From positions 64,001 through 128,000 of the forward strand of contig JBGUGD010000014.1 of the NCBI GenBank assembly GCA_041697335.1: 64,000 nt of DNA, in the 5' to 3' direction. Below are positions 20,721 to 30,557 of the stretch, one piece after another (the first letter of the stretch is position 1; each line of letters opens with the position of its first letter). Below the pieces are notes generated by a model. The model saw nothing but the letters and a program-made list of their open reading frames with translations, did no database searches and was not told the origin of the DNA. Source of the DNA: Vampirovibrionaceae bacterium NZW_1234 (GTDB lineage Bacteria > Cyanobacteriota > Vampirovibrionia > Vampirovibrionales > JAGQHJ01). Made by a program: the position numbers and the translations under genes.

Positions 20721-23204
20721 ATGAGTGCTGTTGAAACCCGATACGCATTTGCCCAAGTTCTGGTGGATTTGGATGCCAAGGCCCTGGATAGGCGAACGTT
20801 TTCCTACGCCATCCCGGAAGGTATGGCCGGGTCCCTGGATATCGGCACGCCAGTGTCGGTCCCCTTCGGCCGAATGAAACTCATCAACGGCTACGTGGTC
20901 GGGTTTACCAACTTTGTGGATCCGGGGATTCGGGTCAAGGAAATAGCCGATATTTTAGACGAAGAACCCCTGTTTGACTTGCCCTATCTGGAATTTCTGG
21001 ATTGGGTGGCGCAGTATTATGCGACTCCCCTGGTGACGGTTCTCTCAGCCGCCCTACCCAGCAGCATTACGCAGAAGACCCGGCGGGAAGTCTTTTTAGA
21101 GACGCATCAACTGGCACCCGAATACACCTACCTGTTGCCTCGTCCAGCGCAAAAGATATTGGCCTTTTTAAAGGAACGCCCTCCCGGCAAGGGGGTTCGC
21201 GTGCGCTTTGTGGCCAGCCAGACCGGCCTGCCGCTGAAACTGGTCAACCAGCTCCTCTATAAATTTAAAGAAGAGGGTATCGTTCGCATCCAAAGCCAAG
21301 CCACAGGCTCCATGCGAGAGAAACGGGTCAAATGGATTCGTCTGGCGACCCCTGAGCCCCAACAATCCTTGACACCGAAACAAGCCGAAGTACTAAACCG
21401 GTTACAGCAAGTGCTGACCTCGGAAATGCCCTTAAGCGATGCGGCCGATCAAGCGCAAACCAATACGTCCATGCTTCAGAAACTTGCCGCGGCAGGCGCC
21501 ATTGATATTTTTGAAGCCCCAAAACATCGGGACAGGGATCCCTTAGCCTATTATGACGCCGTTAAACCGGCCCTCGGTGAGTTGATTTTAAACGACGAGC
21601 AATCTCGAGCCGTTCAGCGGGTTCTTGACGCAGAAGCACACTCACAACATCTGCTGTACGGGGTTACGGGTTCCGGTAAAACCGAAGTATACCTGGCTCT
21701 CACCAAAGCCGTTCTGGATGCAGGCCAGTCCGTTATGATTATGGTGCCGGAGATCTCACTGACCTCCCATATTGCCAAGCGTTTTATCCAGCGCTTTGGT
21801 CTGGAGCACATGGCCATTTGGCATAGTCATTTATCGGCAGGCGAGAAAGTGGATGCCTGGCGCCGAATCCATCAAGGCGAACTTCGGATTGTGATTGGGG
21901 CCCGCTCGGCCATTTTCACCCCCATGCAGAATCTGGGCCTGATTATCATGGACGAAGAACATGAAGGCAGCTTCAAGCAGGACAGCCCCGCCCCCCGTTA
22001 TCATGCCAAGACCCTGGCCATGGAGCTCAGTCATCGTACCGGGGCCAAGCTGGTTTTGGGCAGTGCCACACCGGATGTTGAGACGTTTTACCACGCCAAG
22101 CAAGACGATCGCATTCTTCCCTTAACCCAACGCTACGCCGGGCGGTCACTGCCCGATGTTACCGTGGTGGACATGCACCACGAAAAGTCTCTAGGCCAAC
22201 AGGGCATCTTGTCCAACGCCCTTCGAGTGGCCCTTCAGGCTTCGGTGGAAGCCCAGGATCAGGCCATTATCCTTCTGAACCGCCGGGGCTTTTACACCAT
22301 GATCACCTGCAACAACTGTGACGAGGTGTTCCAATGCCCCCACTGCGCCGTGGCACTCACCTACCATCGCTACCGGGAAAAGGTACGCTGCCACTACTGT
22401 GGCCATGAAGCCGACAAGCCCCAGTTCTGCCCCCACTGCGCCAGCTTTGATCTGGCATTTGGAGGGACCGGAACCCAGCGCCTGGAAGAAGAAGTGGCCG
22501 ACTTTTTGCCGGACGCCCGTATTTTGCGCCTGGACAGCGATGTGATGCAGAAAAAGTTCGCCCATCGGGATATCCTGGAAGCTTTTAGTGCTCATCAGGC
22601 CGATATTTTGATCGGAACCCAGATGGTGGCCAAGGGGCTGGATATTGCCAATGTGACCTTGGTGGGTGTTGTTTCGGCCGATACGACGCTGGCCTTGCCG
22701 GACTACAAGGCATCCGAGCGGGGCTTTCAGCTTCTGACCCAGGTAGCCGGTCGCTCAGGACGAGGTGAAAAACCCGGACGAGTCATTATCCAGAGTTTCC
22801 AGCCCCAACATCCGGTCATTCTCAGGGCCCAGGATCAGGATTATCTGGGCTTCTATGAAGACGAATTGATACGGCGCCAGGAATTTGACTTTCCGCCCTT
22901 CAGCCAGCTCTTTCGCTTTATTGTCAGCTGCCCTGACGAGTTTCGAGCCCAAAACTTCATCAAGGCGGCTGCCATTAACCTGCAGCAGCTTTTGGAAGAA
23001 GCGGGTCTGAGCGGGCAAGTCAATATGCTGGGACCGGCTCCGTGCGTAATTGCCCGGATCCAGGGCCGGTTTCGGTATCATCTGATGGTTAAAAACAAGC
23101 GCGGCGAAGAGGCACATCGGCTGATCACCCGCTTTTATCAACACGTCCAGGCCCCCGAAGATCTGAACTTTTTGTTGGACGTCGATGCCCAGAGTTTCCT
23201 ATGA
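20721..23204 (+). CDS. priA: Primosomal protein N' (replication restart helicase)
   Basis: GVTGSGKTEVY, DEEH, four CxxC pairs, GTQMVAKGLD, QVAGRSGRG. Confidence 0.97.
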   Translation: MSAVETRYAFAQVLVDLDAKALDRRTFSYAIPEGMAGSLDIGTPVSVPFGRMKLINGYVVGFTNFVDPGIRVKEIADILDEEPLFDLPYLEFLDWVAQYYATPLVTVLSAALPSSITQKTRREVFLETHQLAPEYTYLLPRPAQKILAFLKERPPGKGVRVRFVASQTGLPLKLVNQLLYKFKEEGIVRIQSQATGSMREKRVKWIRLATPEPQQSLTPKQAEVLNRLQQVLTSEMPLSDAADQAQTNTSMLQKLAAAGAIDIFEAPKHRDRDPLAYYDAVKPALGELILNDEQSRAVQRVLDAEAHSQHLLYGVTGSGKTEVYLALTKAVLDAGQSVMIMVPEISLTSHIAKRFIQRFGLEHMAIWHSHLSAGEKVDAWRRIHQGELRIVIGARSAIFTPMQNLGLIIMDEEHEGSFKQDSPAPRYHAKTLAMELSHRTGAKLVLGSATPDVETFYHAKQDDRILPLTQRYAGRSLPDVTVVDMHHEKSLGQQGILSNALRVALQASVEAQDQAIILLNRRGFYTMITCNNCDEVFQCPHCAVALTYHRYREKVRCHYCGHEADKPQFCPHCASFDLAFGGTGTQRLEEEVADFLPDARILRLDSDVMQKKFAHRDILEAFSAHQADILIGTQMVAKGLDIANVTLVGVVSADTTLALPDYKASERGFQLLTQVAGRSGRGEKPGRVIIQSFQPQHPVILRAQDQDYLGFYEDELIRRQEFDFPPFSQLFRFIVSCPDEFRAQNFIKAAAINLQQLLEEAGLSGQVNMLGPAPCVIARIQGRFRYHLMVKNKRGEEAHRLITRFYQHVQAPEDLNFLLDVDAQSFL

Positions 23205-23791
23205 TGCCTGACGATTCCCAATCCGCCCCGGTTAGCCGCAAAGACTTTATCGAGCAAGGCATGCGCTCCCTATTAGGCGCCCTTGCCGATAGCCTTCCAT
23301 CGTTTAGCCCGCAGGAGGAAACCCCGCCCCCCCAAAAGCCATTGCTGCGGCCTCCAGGAGCCCTTCCAGGAAGTGCCTTTACCGAGACCTGCCAACCCCA
23401 TTGCGAGGCTTGCCGGAATGTATGCCCTCGGCATGCCATTTTTGAAGACAGCCAGGGACTTCCCTATATTGACCCCCACACAGCCCCTTGCGTCATGTGT
23501 GTGGACGTCCCATGCACACAGATCTGCCCCACAGAGGCGCTACAACCCCTCAGCACGCCCAATGCCATTCGGATGGGAACCGCCGTCATTGAACTCACCG
23601 TATGCACAGCCTACCAAGGCTCGGGATGCACCCAGTGTTATGAGAGCTGCCCGATTCCCGAACAGGCCATCCGCCTGAACGAAGGGCTCCCTGAAATTTT
23701 GTCGCAAGAATGTACCGGTTGTGGTGTCTGTGTGTTTGACTGCCCCACCCTGGGCGCCATCACCATTCATCCCCCTGCACTGATTGCTTGA
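23201..23791 (+). CDS. NapG/MauM-like multi-4Fe-4S ferredoxin
   Basis: LRPPGA motif, several CxxCxxxCP groups, MGTAVI; TAT-like SRKDF remnant. Confidence 0.85.
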   Translation: MMPDDSQSAPVSRKDFIEQGMRSLLGALADSLPSFSPQEETPPPQKPLLRPPGALPGSAFTETCQPHCEACRNVCPRHAIFEDSQGLPYIDPHTAPCVMCVDVPCTQICPTEALQPLSTPNAIRMGTAVIELTVCTAYQGSGCTQCYESCPIPEQAIRLNEGLPEILSQECTGCGVCVFDCPTLGAITIHPPALIA

Positions 23792-23838
23792 AACGGGTAC
23801 ATCGCTCCATTTAGACCGTATTCGGCCATTCCAGAACA

Positions 23839-23867
23839 AGAGGAACGGAAAAATTTTCCGTTCCTCT
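23839..23867. terminator. Inverted repeat between convergent genes
   Basis: AGAGGAACGGAAAA-A-TTTTCCGTTCCTCT. Confidence 0.6.
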
Positions 23868-23909
23868 CAGAGGAGCCTGTACACTTTCGACGTGAAACGA
23901 CTCAAAGGG

Positions 23910-25139
23910 CTACGCCTGGCTGGGATTCCGAAAATGCAGATACCCCATGCGCCACAGCTGGGTTAAAAACTCCCGGCCTTTGACCTGGCGCTTAGCCTCA
24001 CTCATGGCCATATCGGCACTATTGATGCAGTCACGGACGGTTTTGGTGCCGTCCACCTGGCGCAGCAAGGCCGCATAGGATTTCCCCAGGGTCATTCTTG
24101 GCGAATAGTTCCGTTGAATCACCAGGCCTTCCGGGGTGTCCGCCCCGACATCAAAGGCGTCTCCCATCCGGTTAACCGGCACGTAATTCCAAAACGCCTC
24201 GCTGGCCAGATCCAGATGATAGGTCTCTTTGGGCCTATCCGAGCGGCAGGCATAAAAGCGATGCTGGAACAGGCGCCCGTGAATGAGCTCCATGGCCTGC
24301 CAGAGCTGCTCGTCGGATAAATCGTTCAGCCGCTCGCGTAACTGTGGCATCTTGGCCATTTGCCCGTCGGGGTAGTAAAAATAATTCTCCTTCCAGCCCT
24401 GAAACGTAAACCCGCTGTCCTTCAACAGGTCCAGGCAATCCGTTACCGAATAGCCCTTATCATAGGCGTGGATAAAGGTATCCACCAGCCCGGCCCCAAA
24501 ATCCAGGCTCTCTCCTTCGCCCTGCATATACACGTTAACATAGTGGTCCGGTGAGACCCCTTGCAGGGTTTCCCGGATAATGGCCAAACTCTCGTCATCC
24601 TGCTTCAAGCCAATGGTCCGAAACAGGTCCTGCAACATATACACCCCGGTCCGGCCATACTTCCCGTACAGCATCAGAAAAATGCTGCCTTCCGGCCTTA
24701 ATACCGAGCGCAACGCCGACAGGGCTTCCACCGGCTCAGGAATGTGGTGCAGCACCCCGCAACAATCAATCAGATCAAAGTCCTTCCCCAGGCTGGCAAC
24801 CTCCTGAATGGGCAGGTGGTGCAGTGTCAGGTTATCCAACTGGTGCTTTTGTTTCAAATAACGCTGGTGTTCCAGACTGCTGGTACTGAGATCAATACCC
24901 ACCACACGGGCTTGAGGGTGGGTATAGGCATACCGGGCCGCCGAGTTGGTCCCGCATCCGGCCACTAAAATATCCAGTTCCGGCTGATAGGCCGGTGCCG
25001 TGGGCCAGTATGCCCAGCACATCTGTTGCGGATCGCTGGCATTTCGCACGCCTGGCGGCTCCTGAGACAGATCCATAACGGGCTCAGGGTACATCCACTT
25101 TTCATACTGAGCCTTAACGTGCGCTTGTGTGTCCAACAT
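23910..25139 (-). CDS. Class I SAM-dependent methyltransferase with a C-terminal accessory domain
   Basis: ILVAGCGT, VVGIDLS, FDLIDCCGVLHH, LRPEG. Confidence 0.88.
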   Translation of the reverse strand: MLDTQAHVKAQYEKWMYPEPVMDLSQEPPGVRNASDPQQMCWAYWPTAPAYQPELDILVAGCGTNSAARYAYTHPQARVVGIDLSTSSLEHQRYLKQKHQLDNLTLHHLPIQEVASLGKDFDLIDCCGVLHHIPEPVEALSALRSVLRPEGSIFLMLYGKYGRTGVYMLQDLFRTIGLKQDDESLAIIRETLQGVSPDHYVNVYMQGEGESLDFGAGLVDTFIHAYDKGYSVTDCLDLLKDSGFTFQGWKENYFYYPDGQMAKMPQLRERLNDLSDEQLWQAMELIHGRLFQHRFYACRSDRPKETYHLDLASEAFWNYVPVNRMGDAFDVGADTPEGLVIQRNYSPRMTLGKSYAALLRQVDGTKTVRDCINSADMAMSEAKRQVKGREFLTQLWRMGYLHFRNPSQA

Positions 25140-25268
25140 ATCTGACTCCCATCCAGAACTGCTCTCTCGATACTTCCATTATAATCGGCCGCTGCCCTTG
25201 CCGACCCCACTTGATGGTGGGTTTTGCCGGGAGGGGACAAGCCCAGGAAAAGTTGATAAAATACGGCT

Positions 25269-25781
25269 ATGATCAAGTTCGTCAATAAACTGCGAGACTA
25301 TTTCGACCCGCCGCAATCGGGAACCATCGAGGGCGAATATTATATTCGCACCGGGGAATGTCATGGGTGTGGCCAGTGCTGTTCCGGCATTCACCTCATC
25401 CACGGGGACAAGGTGATTGATTCCATCGAAAAATGGAACAAGCTCAAAACCCGCTTTGAAGACTACAACTACTTCATTCCCGTGGAAGAAAACCACCTGG
25501 GCGTTGTCTTCAAGTGTCGTAACCTGCAGCCCGACAACTCCTGCGGCATTTATGACGATCGACCCATGTTCTGCAAAAAGTACCCCACCGAAGACACCCT
25601 GTTGTTTGGCGGAGCCTTATCTCCCCAGTGTGGGTACAGCTTTAAAGCCAAGTTCCAGTTTGATGACATTCTGAAGAAAGCCGCCGAAAAAAAGCATTTA
25701 AAGCCCGGCAAACTGTTGAACGACGTGGTTCCCAAACCCACCCCCAACGAATCCCCGGATAAAACCACGATTGCTGGCTAA
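25269..25781 (+). CDS. YkgJ/CxxCxxCC family cysteine-cluster protein
   Basis: CHGCGQCC...C...CGIYDDRPMFCKKYP. Confidence 0.88.
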   Translation: MIKFVNKLRDYFDPPQSGTIEGEYYIRTGECHGCGQCCSGIHLIHGDKVIDSIEKWNKLKTRFEDYNYFIPVEENHLGVVFKCRNLQPDNSCGIYDDRPMFCKKYPTEDTLLFGGALSPQCGYSFKAKFQFDDILKKAAEKKHLKPGKLLNDVVPKPTPNESPDKTTIAG

Positions 25782-25922
25782 GAAGCTGTCTGCAAAGTCT
25801 CCCATTCTTGCATCTACTGCGTTACTCTGCTGCTCAGCTTCGTCACGTACTCAGGTACGCTCCTTGCCTCTGCTGTTCGCGCCTTGTAGCTGCTGCGCCT
25901 GGAAAACGTTTCAGACAGCTTC
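25782..25922. mobile_element. 141-bp palindromic MITE/RPE-like element
   Basis: 11-bp terminal IR GAAGCTGTCTG...CAGACAGCTTC; internal CGTAC-TCAG-GTACG hairpin. Confidence 0.55.
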
Positions 25923-26037
25923 GAATGGACTTTTTGTTTCGTTTTTTCGGGTTTCGAAGTTTTCATATCGACGCGCCCTGTCTTTTGAGTAAAATAGGGC
26001 CATATTCTGCGTTTTATTGACTGAGGAGAGGACCCCC

Positions 26038-26991
26038 ATGCCCACCATGACGATTCCCAATTTGTACGGCCGTGATTTTTTGACCATTGAAGACTACACC
26101 ACCGAAGAAGTCTTGGCCCTTCTCGATCTGGCCCAGGCGCTTAAAGAAGAGAAAAAGGCCGGCAAAGCCCACCCCCTGCTTCAGGGCAAAAGCATTGCCA
26201 TGTACTTTGAAAAGCCCAGCAACCGCACCCGGGTGAGCTTTGAAGTGGGTATTTATGACCTCGGCGCTCATCCCATCTATCTTCGTAAGGAGGAAATCAA
26301 CCTGGGCGTTCGCGAAACCATTGCCGACACGGCTCGCACCCTCAGCCGCTATGTCGATGGCATTATGATTCGTACCTTTGCCCAATCCGACGTGGATGAA
26401 TTGGCCCAATGGGCTTCAGTTCCGGTCATCAATGGGCTCACCGACGAACATCACCCCTGCCAGGTCATGGCCGACTTGTTGTCCGTGAAGGAAGCCTTTG
26501 GCAGTTTTCAAGGCAAAAAGCTGGCCTACATTGGCGACGGCAACAACATGGCCCACAGCCTATTGATTGGCTGCGCCACGGTGGGGATGGATGTGGCCAT
26601 TGCCACACCGGCAGGCTACGAGCCCCATAAGACCGTTGTCCAAAAAGCGGAAGAAATCGGCCAAAAAACCGGCGCCACCATCACCATCACCCACAGCATT
26701 ACCACGGCGGCTGAAGGCGCTCATGCTCTTTATACCGATGTCTGGGCCAGCATGGGTCAGGAAGCGGAGGCCGAAGAGCGTCGCCGCACCTTCCAAAGCT
26801 ACCAGATTGACGCCAAGCTGATGGAAGTGGCCGACCCCAAAGCCATTGTTCTGCACTGCCTGCCTGCGCACCGGGGTGAAGAGATCTCCCACGATGTCCT
26901 GGAAGCCCACGCAGAAACCATCTTCAACCAGGCCGAAAATCGCCTGCATGCCCAAAAAGCGATTCTGGTGGCCCTCATCAAAAAACCCTAA
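26038..26991 (+). CDS. argF: Ornithine carbamoyltransferase
   Basis: FEKPSNRTRVSFE, HPCQ, GDGNN, YTDVWASMGQE, HCLPAHRGEE, AENRLH; ATG 26038 follows GAGGAG. Confidence 0.96.
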   Translation: MPTMTIPNLYGRDFLTIEDYTTEEVLALLDLAQALKEEKKAGKAHPLLQGKSIAMYFEKPSNRTRVSFEVGIYDLGAHPIYLRKEEINLGVRETIADTARTLSRYVDGIMIRTFAQSDVDELAQWASVPVINGLTDEHHPCQVMADLLSVKEAFGSFQGKKLAYIGDGNNMAHSLLIGCATVGMDVAIATPAGYEPHKTVVQKAEEIGQKTGATITITHSITTAAEGAHALYTDVWASMGQEAEAEERRRTFQSYQIDAKLMEVADPKAIVLHCLPAHRGEEISHDVLEAHAETIFNQAENRLHAQKAILVALIKKP

Positions 26992-27012
26992 AACCCTCTT
27001 GATTCGATCTGC

Positions 27013-27042
27013 TGCGGGCGAGAGAACACACTCTCGCCCGCA
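27013..27042. terminator. Hairpin between convergent argF and ruvX
   Basis: TGCGGGCGAGAG-6nt-CTCTCGCCCGCA. Confidence 0.7.
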
Positions 27043-27055
27043 ACGGTTTTAAACC

Positions 27056-27478
27056 TTATTGGCGAGCCTGCTTATCCAGGTACTGCTGTAAGATCAATGC
27101 GGCGGCCGTTTTATCCGTCAGATGCTTCTGCTTGGACGGCTGAACACCCTGCTCTCGCAGGCTTTGTTGGGCAATCACCGACGTAAAACGCTCATCCTCA
27201 TAAACCACCGTCACCCCAGTGGCCTCAATCAATTGCTGGGCAAAGGCCTCTACAGCTTCCGCCGACTCCCCTTTTTCGCCGGTGCTCCGAAGCGGCAGTC
27301 CCATCACCACCAACTCGACCTGGTACTCGTCCATAATCTCTTTTAAGGCTTGAATCAGCTTTTTGGCAGACTGATTGGGCAGGGTATCATAGCCTGAAGC
27401 AAACATACTCAAGGGATCGCTAATGGCGACACCCACACGTTTTTTGCCATAATCCAAGCCCAGCAGGCGTCCCATCAT
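27056..27478 (-). CDS. ruvX: YqgF/RuvX RNase H-fold nuclease
   Basis: LGLDYGKKRVGVAISD, VMGLP, DERFTS, DxxAAALILQ. Confidence 0.95.
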   Translation of the reverse strand: MMGRLLGLDYGKKRVGVAISDPLSMFASGYDTLPNQSAKKLIQALKEIMDEYQVELVVMGLPLRSTGEKGESAEAVEAFAQQLIEATGVTVVYEDERFTSVIAQQSLREQGVQPSKQKHLTDKTAAALILQQYLDKQARQ

Positions 27479-27495
27479 CGTCTTCCCAGTTGCAG

Positions 27496-29178
27496 CTATA
27501 TTTCCCAGTGAGCCAAAACCGCGTCCACCAGCTCGGACAGCCCCTCCACTTTCGCCGAACTGGCCCGAAGCCGCAAAAGCTCCTCCCCAACACAGCGGCG
27601 TCCAAAGGCACGAACAAACCCCGTGAGGGCTTTTTGGGGATCCGTCTCGCTTTGAAGCTTATAGGCTTCCGTGGCCGCAAGATTGCGAAAAGTATGGGTA
27701 TTCTGGCAATGCAGCAGATAGGCCGCCTCTGACAGGCGATACATCATAAGAGGCCGCCAGTCGGTGGTATACAACTCCAGCATCATCGCATCGGCCAGCT
27801 GCTCCAGGTCCTGAAAATAGCCAGCCTCCTCCTGATCACCATCCGCCGCCAAGTAAAGCTGGGTTTTGGTTACAACCTCTTGCAAGACTTTGGTCACCAC
27901 CGGATCATCGCCTTGTTCCAGGAACCAGCTGGTAAAGTCCGGATGCTGATACAAATTGTCGGTTTCTTCCAGCCAATCCTTGCGGACCCATTGGTCAAAC
28001 TGCTCCAGATCCTCTGGCGGCTGAGGCAGAATATCCGACATCATGGGTTGCCAACACCAGTATTCATAGGGCAGGCGAAAGGCATTGGCGAAATTTCGGG
28101 ACTCGGCCAGGCCCAGTTTATAGGCCGCGAATTCCGGGGAGACTTTGATTTTCGTCGCCCCTTCATGGAACTTATCCACGATCTTAAAGAAATCCCCGGT
28201 GCTGACCTGGTAAAACCCGAAGCAATCAATCAAGCCATGGACATCATTCAGGGCCACACACATCATGGTGATGTCCCCATTGGCTCGCTGACGACTAAAC
28301 AGCAGTCCCTGGTTCCCGATGCCATCGCTGATGGTGAGAAAACATTGAAAGGGTAAGGTTTCTTTCGCTAATGAGTGGGGTTCTTCCGCGGGGTGTTCCG
28401 CGTCTTCCTCGCCGGGTTGATACACTCCGGCAAGCTGGAGCTGCTTCAGTGCTTTGCTAATCAGCCGCTCAGGAATCGGCAGCCTGTCTTCAGACCAGAG
28501 CGACAGCCGTGACAGAATCTGAGCTGCTTTGGCCGACCGGGTTTCCCCCAGGTTTTGAACCAGCTGCTCCCACAATTCCGGAGACGGATCGGACAGCAGC
28601 AAGGGAATATAGATATTCACCAGGTATTCCGAGGGATAGTCATGTTGCAAGGTGCCCAACAATCGGGCTTGATCCGGGGCCTCGAGGGACAGAATAAAAT
28701 CGATAAAATCAATCAAGGCCTCGGGGTTTTCCGTGGAGACCTCCAGCATGCGGATGGTCTCACGGCCAATCAGGCCTTGGGGATCCTGGAGGTACTCCAG
28801 GTACAAATCAGGATCGGTGGTGTCACCCAGATGACGCAACACCAAATTTGAGGCATCTTTAATCTCATCGGGAACCTTAGGATCCTGAATAACGGCCCAG
28901 AGCTTGTCTTGCAAATACTCGATATTTCCCAACTCCATCAGAAGCTGCATCACCACCTGCATGGTCTGGGTCGACCCCGAGCGTTGCAGCTCCTTGACCA
29001 GTACATCCAGCACCGGCTCCTGGGGTTGAATATCTTGCAGGCGCTTGAGTTGCTTCAGACGCTCATTTTTCGGAGCATCCGCCATACTCACCAGATGCTG
29101 GACAACGGCCAGCACCTCGCTACGAATCACCAGCTTGCTGGGGTGACTTGACGATCCTGGTGTGTGAGGGGTATTCAT
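27496..29178 (-). CDS. Hypothetical alpha-helical (HEAT-like N-terminus) protein
   Basis: 560-aa ORF, amphipathic helices, co-oriented with ruvX. Confidence 0.7.
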   Translation of the reverse strand: MNTPHTPGSSSHPSKLVIRSEVLAVVQHLVSMADAPKNERLKQLKRLQDIQPQEPVLDVLVKELQRSGSTQTMQVVMQLLMELGNIEYLQDKLWAVIQDPKVPDEIKDASNLVLRHLGDTTDPDLYLEYLQDPQGLIGRETIRMLEVSTENPEALIDFIDFILSLEAPDQARLLGTLQHDYPSEYLVNIYIPLLLSDPSPELWEQLVQNLGETRSAKAAQILSRLSLWSEDRLPIPERLISKALKQLQLAGVYQPGEEDAEHPAEEPHSLAKETLPFQCFLTISDGIGNQGLLFSRQRANGDITMMCVALNDVHGLIDCFGFYQVSTGDFFKIVDKFHEGATKIKVSPEFAAYKLGLAESRNFANAFRLPYEYWCWQPMMSDILPQPPEDLEQFDQWVRKDWLEETDNLYQHPDFTSWFLEQGDDPVVTKVLQEVVTKTQLYLAADGDQEEAGYFQDLEQLADAMMLELYTTDWRPLMMYRLSEAAYLLHCQNTHTFRNLAATEAYKLQSETDPQKALTGFVRAFGRRCVGEELLRLRASSAKVEGLSELVDAVLAHWEI

Positions 29179-29216
29179 ATTAAGATTGTATTACACTTTC
29201 AGGGATCCGAATCCAT

Positions 29217-30557
29217 ATGGATGCACGAATTAAATCGGTTCAGACGGACAGCATTGCGTGGGAGCTGGGTATTAAACCCGGCGCAAAGCTCCTGGCTATT
29301 AATGGCCGACGCGATTTGGAAGATCTTTTCGACTATGAGTATGAATCGTCCCTGGAATCTGCGATTATCCTGGAAATTGAGCACCCCAACGGGGAACTGG
29401 AAGAATTTGAAATTGAAAAAGATCCGGAAGAGCCCTTGGGCCTGGAGTTTGAGTCGCCGATTTTCACCCCGATCAAGACCTGCAACAATGCGTGTCCCTT
29501 CTGCTTTATCGACCAACAACCCGAGGGCCTGCGCCCGACGTTGTATGTGAAAGACGACGATTATCGCCTGTCCTACTTCTGCAACACCTATATCACGCTA
29601 ACCAACCTCACCCGCCACGATCGAGAGCGCATTAGCCGGATTCGTCCAGGTCCGCTTTATGTCTCCGTTCACTCCACAGTCCCGGACATCCGCCAACAGC
29701 TTTTGGTCAACCCCAAGGCCGGAGAAATCATGAAAGAGCTGGAGTGGCTGGCCAGTCTCGGGGTTCCCTTTCACGCCCAGCTGGTGATCTGCCCCGGCAT
29801 CAACGACGGCGAGAGCTTGACTCAAACCCTCCAAGACCTGGCGACCCTCTACCCTCACTGCCTGTCGGTGGCCGTGGTGCCCGTGGGCCTGACCTCCTAC
29901 CGGGGCAACCTGCCCACGCTGACGGCGGTAGACAAAGCCACGGCCATTGATGTCATCAAGCGCCTGCGTGAGTTCCAGAAAACCTCCAAGATCAAGGAAT
30001 TCGCCTTTGCCTCCGACGAGTTTTACGTCAGAGCCGACATGCCCATTCCCGGCTACGAGGCTTACGGCGATTTTCCGCAATTGGATGACGGTGTCGGCAC
30101 GGCTCGCCTGTTGACGGAAGAATTCTTCAAGCTCGAACACACCCTTCCCAAGTCCATTTCCCCTGAACGTCGCCACATCGCCCTGACGGGCAAGCTGGGG
30201 GGCATGGTGCTTCAACCCATTGTCCAACGCCTGAACCAGGTTCAAGGACTCTATGTCGATCTGGTCATTATCGACAACAAGTTCTGGGGCGAAGCCGTCA
30301 CCGTATCCGGCCTGATTACCGGACAAGACATTCTGAACACACTGGAAGGACAAGACTTGTCCGGTTACCAAAGCATTTTAATTCCTGAAACCATGCTCAA
30401 ATCGGACGACACCTTGTTCCTGGACGGCTTCAGCCTGGCCGACCTCGAAGACCGGCTGAAATGTCCCATCGACGTGGTTGAAGACCCAAGCCGAGCGGAG
30501 TCCCTTCTGGAAGTGCTCTTTGAAGACGAATGGGATCCGGACGAAGCGCTGCTTTAA
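29217..30557 (+). CDS. PDZ + DUF512 radical-SAM-like Fe-S protein (TIGR03279-like)
   Basis: N-terminal PDZ-like SIAWELGIKPG, CNNACPFC, LYVKDDDYRLS, VVPVGLT, PQLDDGVG. Confidence 0.88.
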   Translation: MDARIKSVQTDSIAWELGIKPGAKLLAINGRRDLEDLFDYEYESSLESAIILEIEHPNGELEEFEIEKDPEEPLGLEFESPIFTPIKTCNNACPFCFIDQQPEGLRPTLYVKDDDYRLSYFCNTYITLTNLTRHDRERISRIRPGPLYVSVHSTVPDIRQQLLVNPKAGEIMKELEWLASLGVPFHAQLVICPGINDGESLTQTLQDLATLYPHCLSVAVVPVGLTSYRGNLPTLTAVDKATAIDVIKRLREFQKTSKIKEFAFASDEFYVRADMPIPGYEAYGDFPQLDDGVGTARLLTEEFFKLEHTLPKSISPERRHIALTGKLGGMVLQPIVQRLNQVQGLYVDLVIIDNKFWGEAVTVSGLITGQDILNTLEGQDLSGYQSILIPETMLKSDDTLFLDGFSLADLEDRLKCPIDVVEDPSRAESLLEVLFEDEWDPDEALL

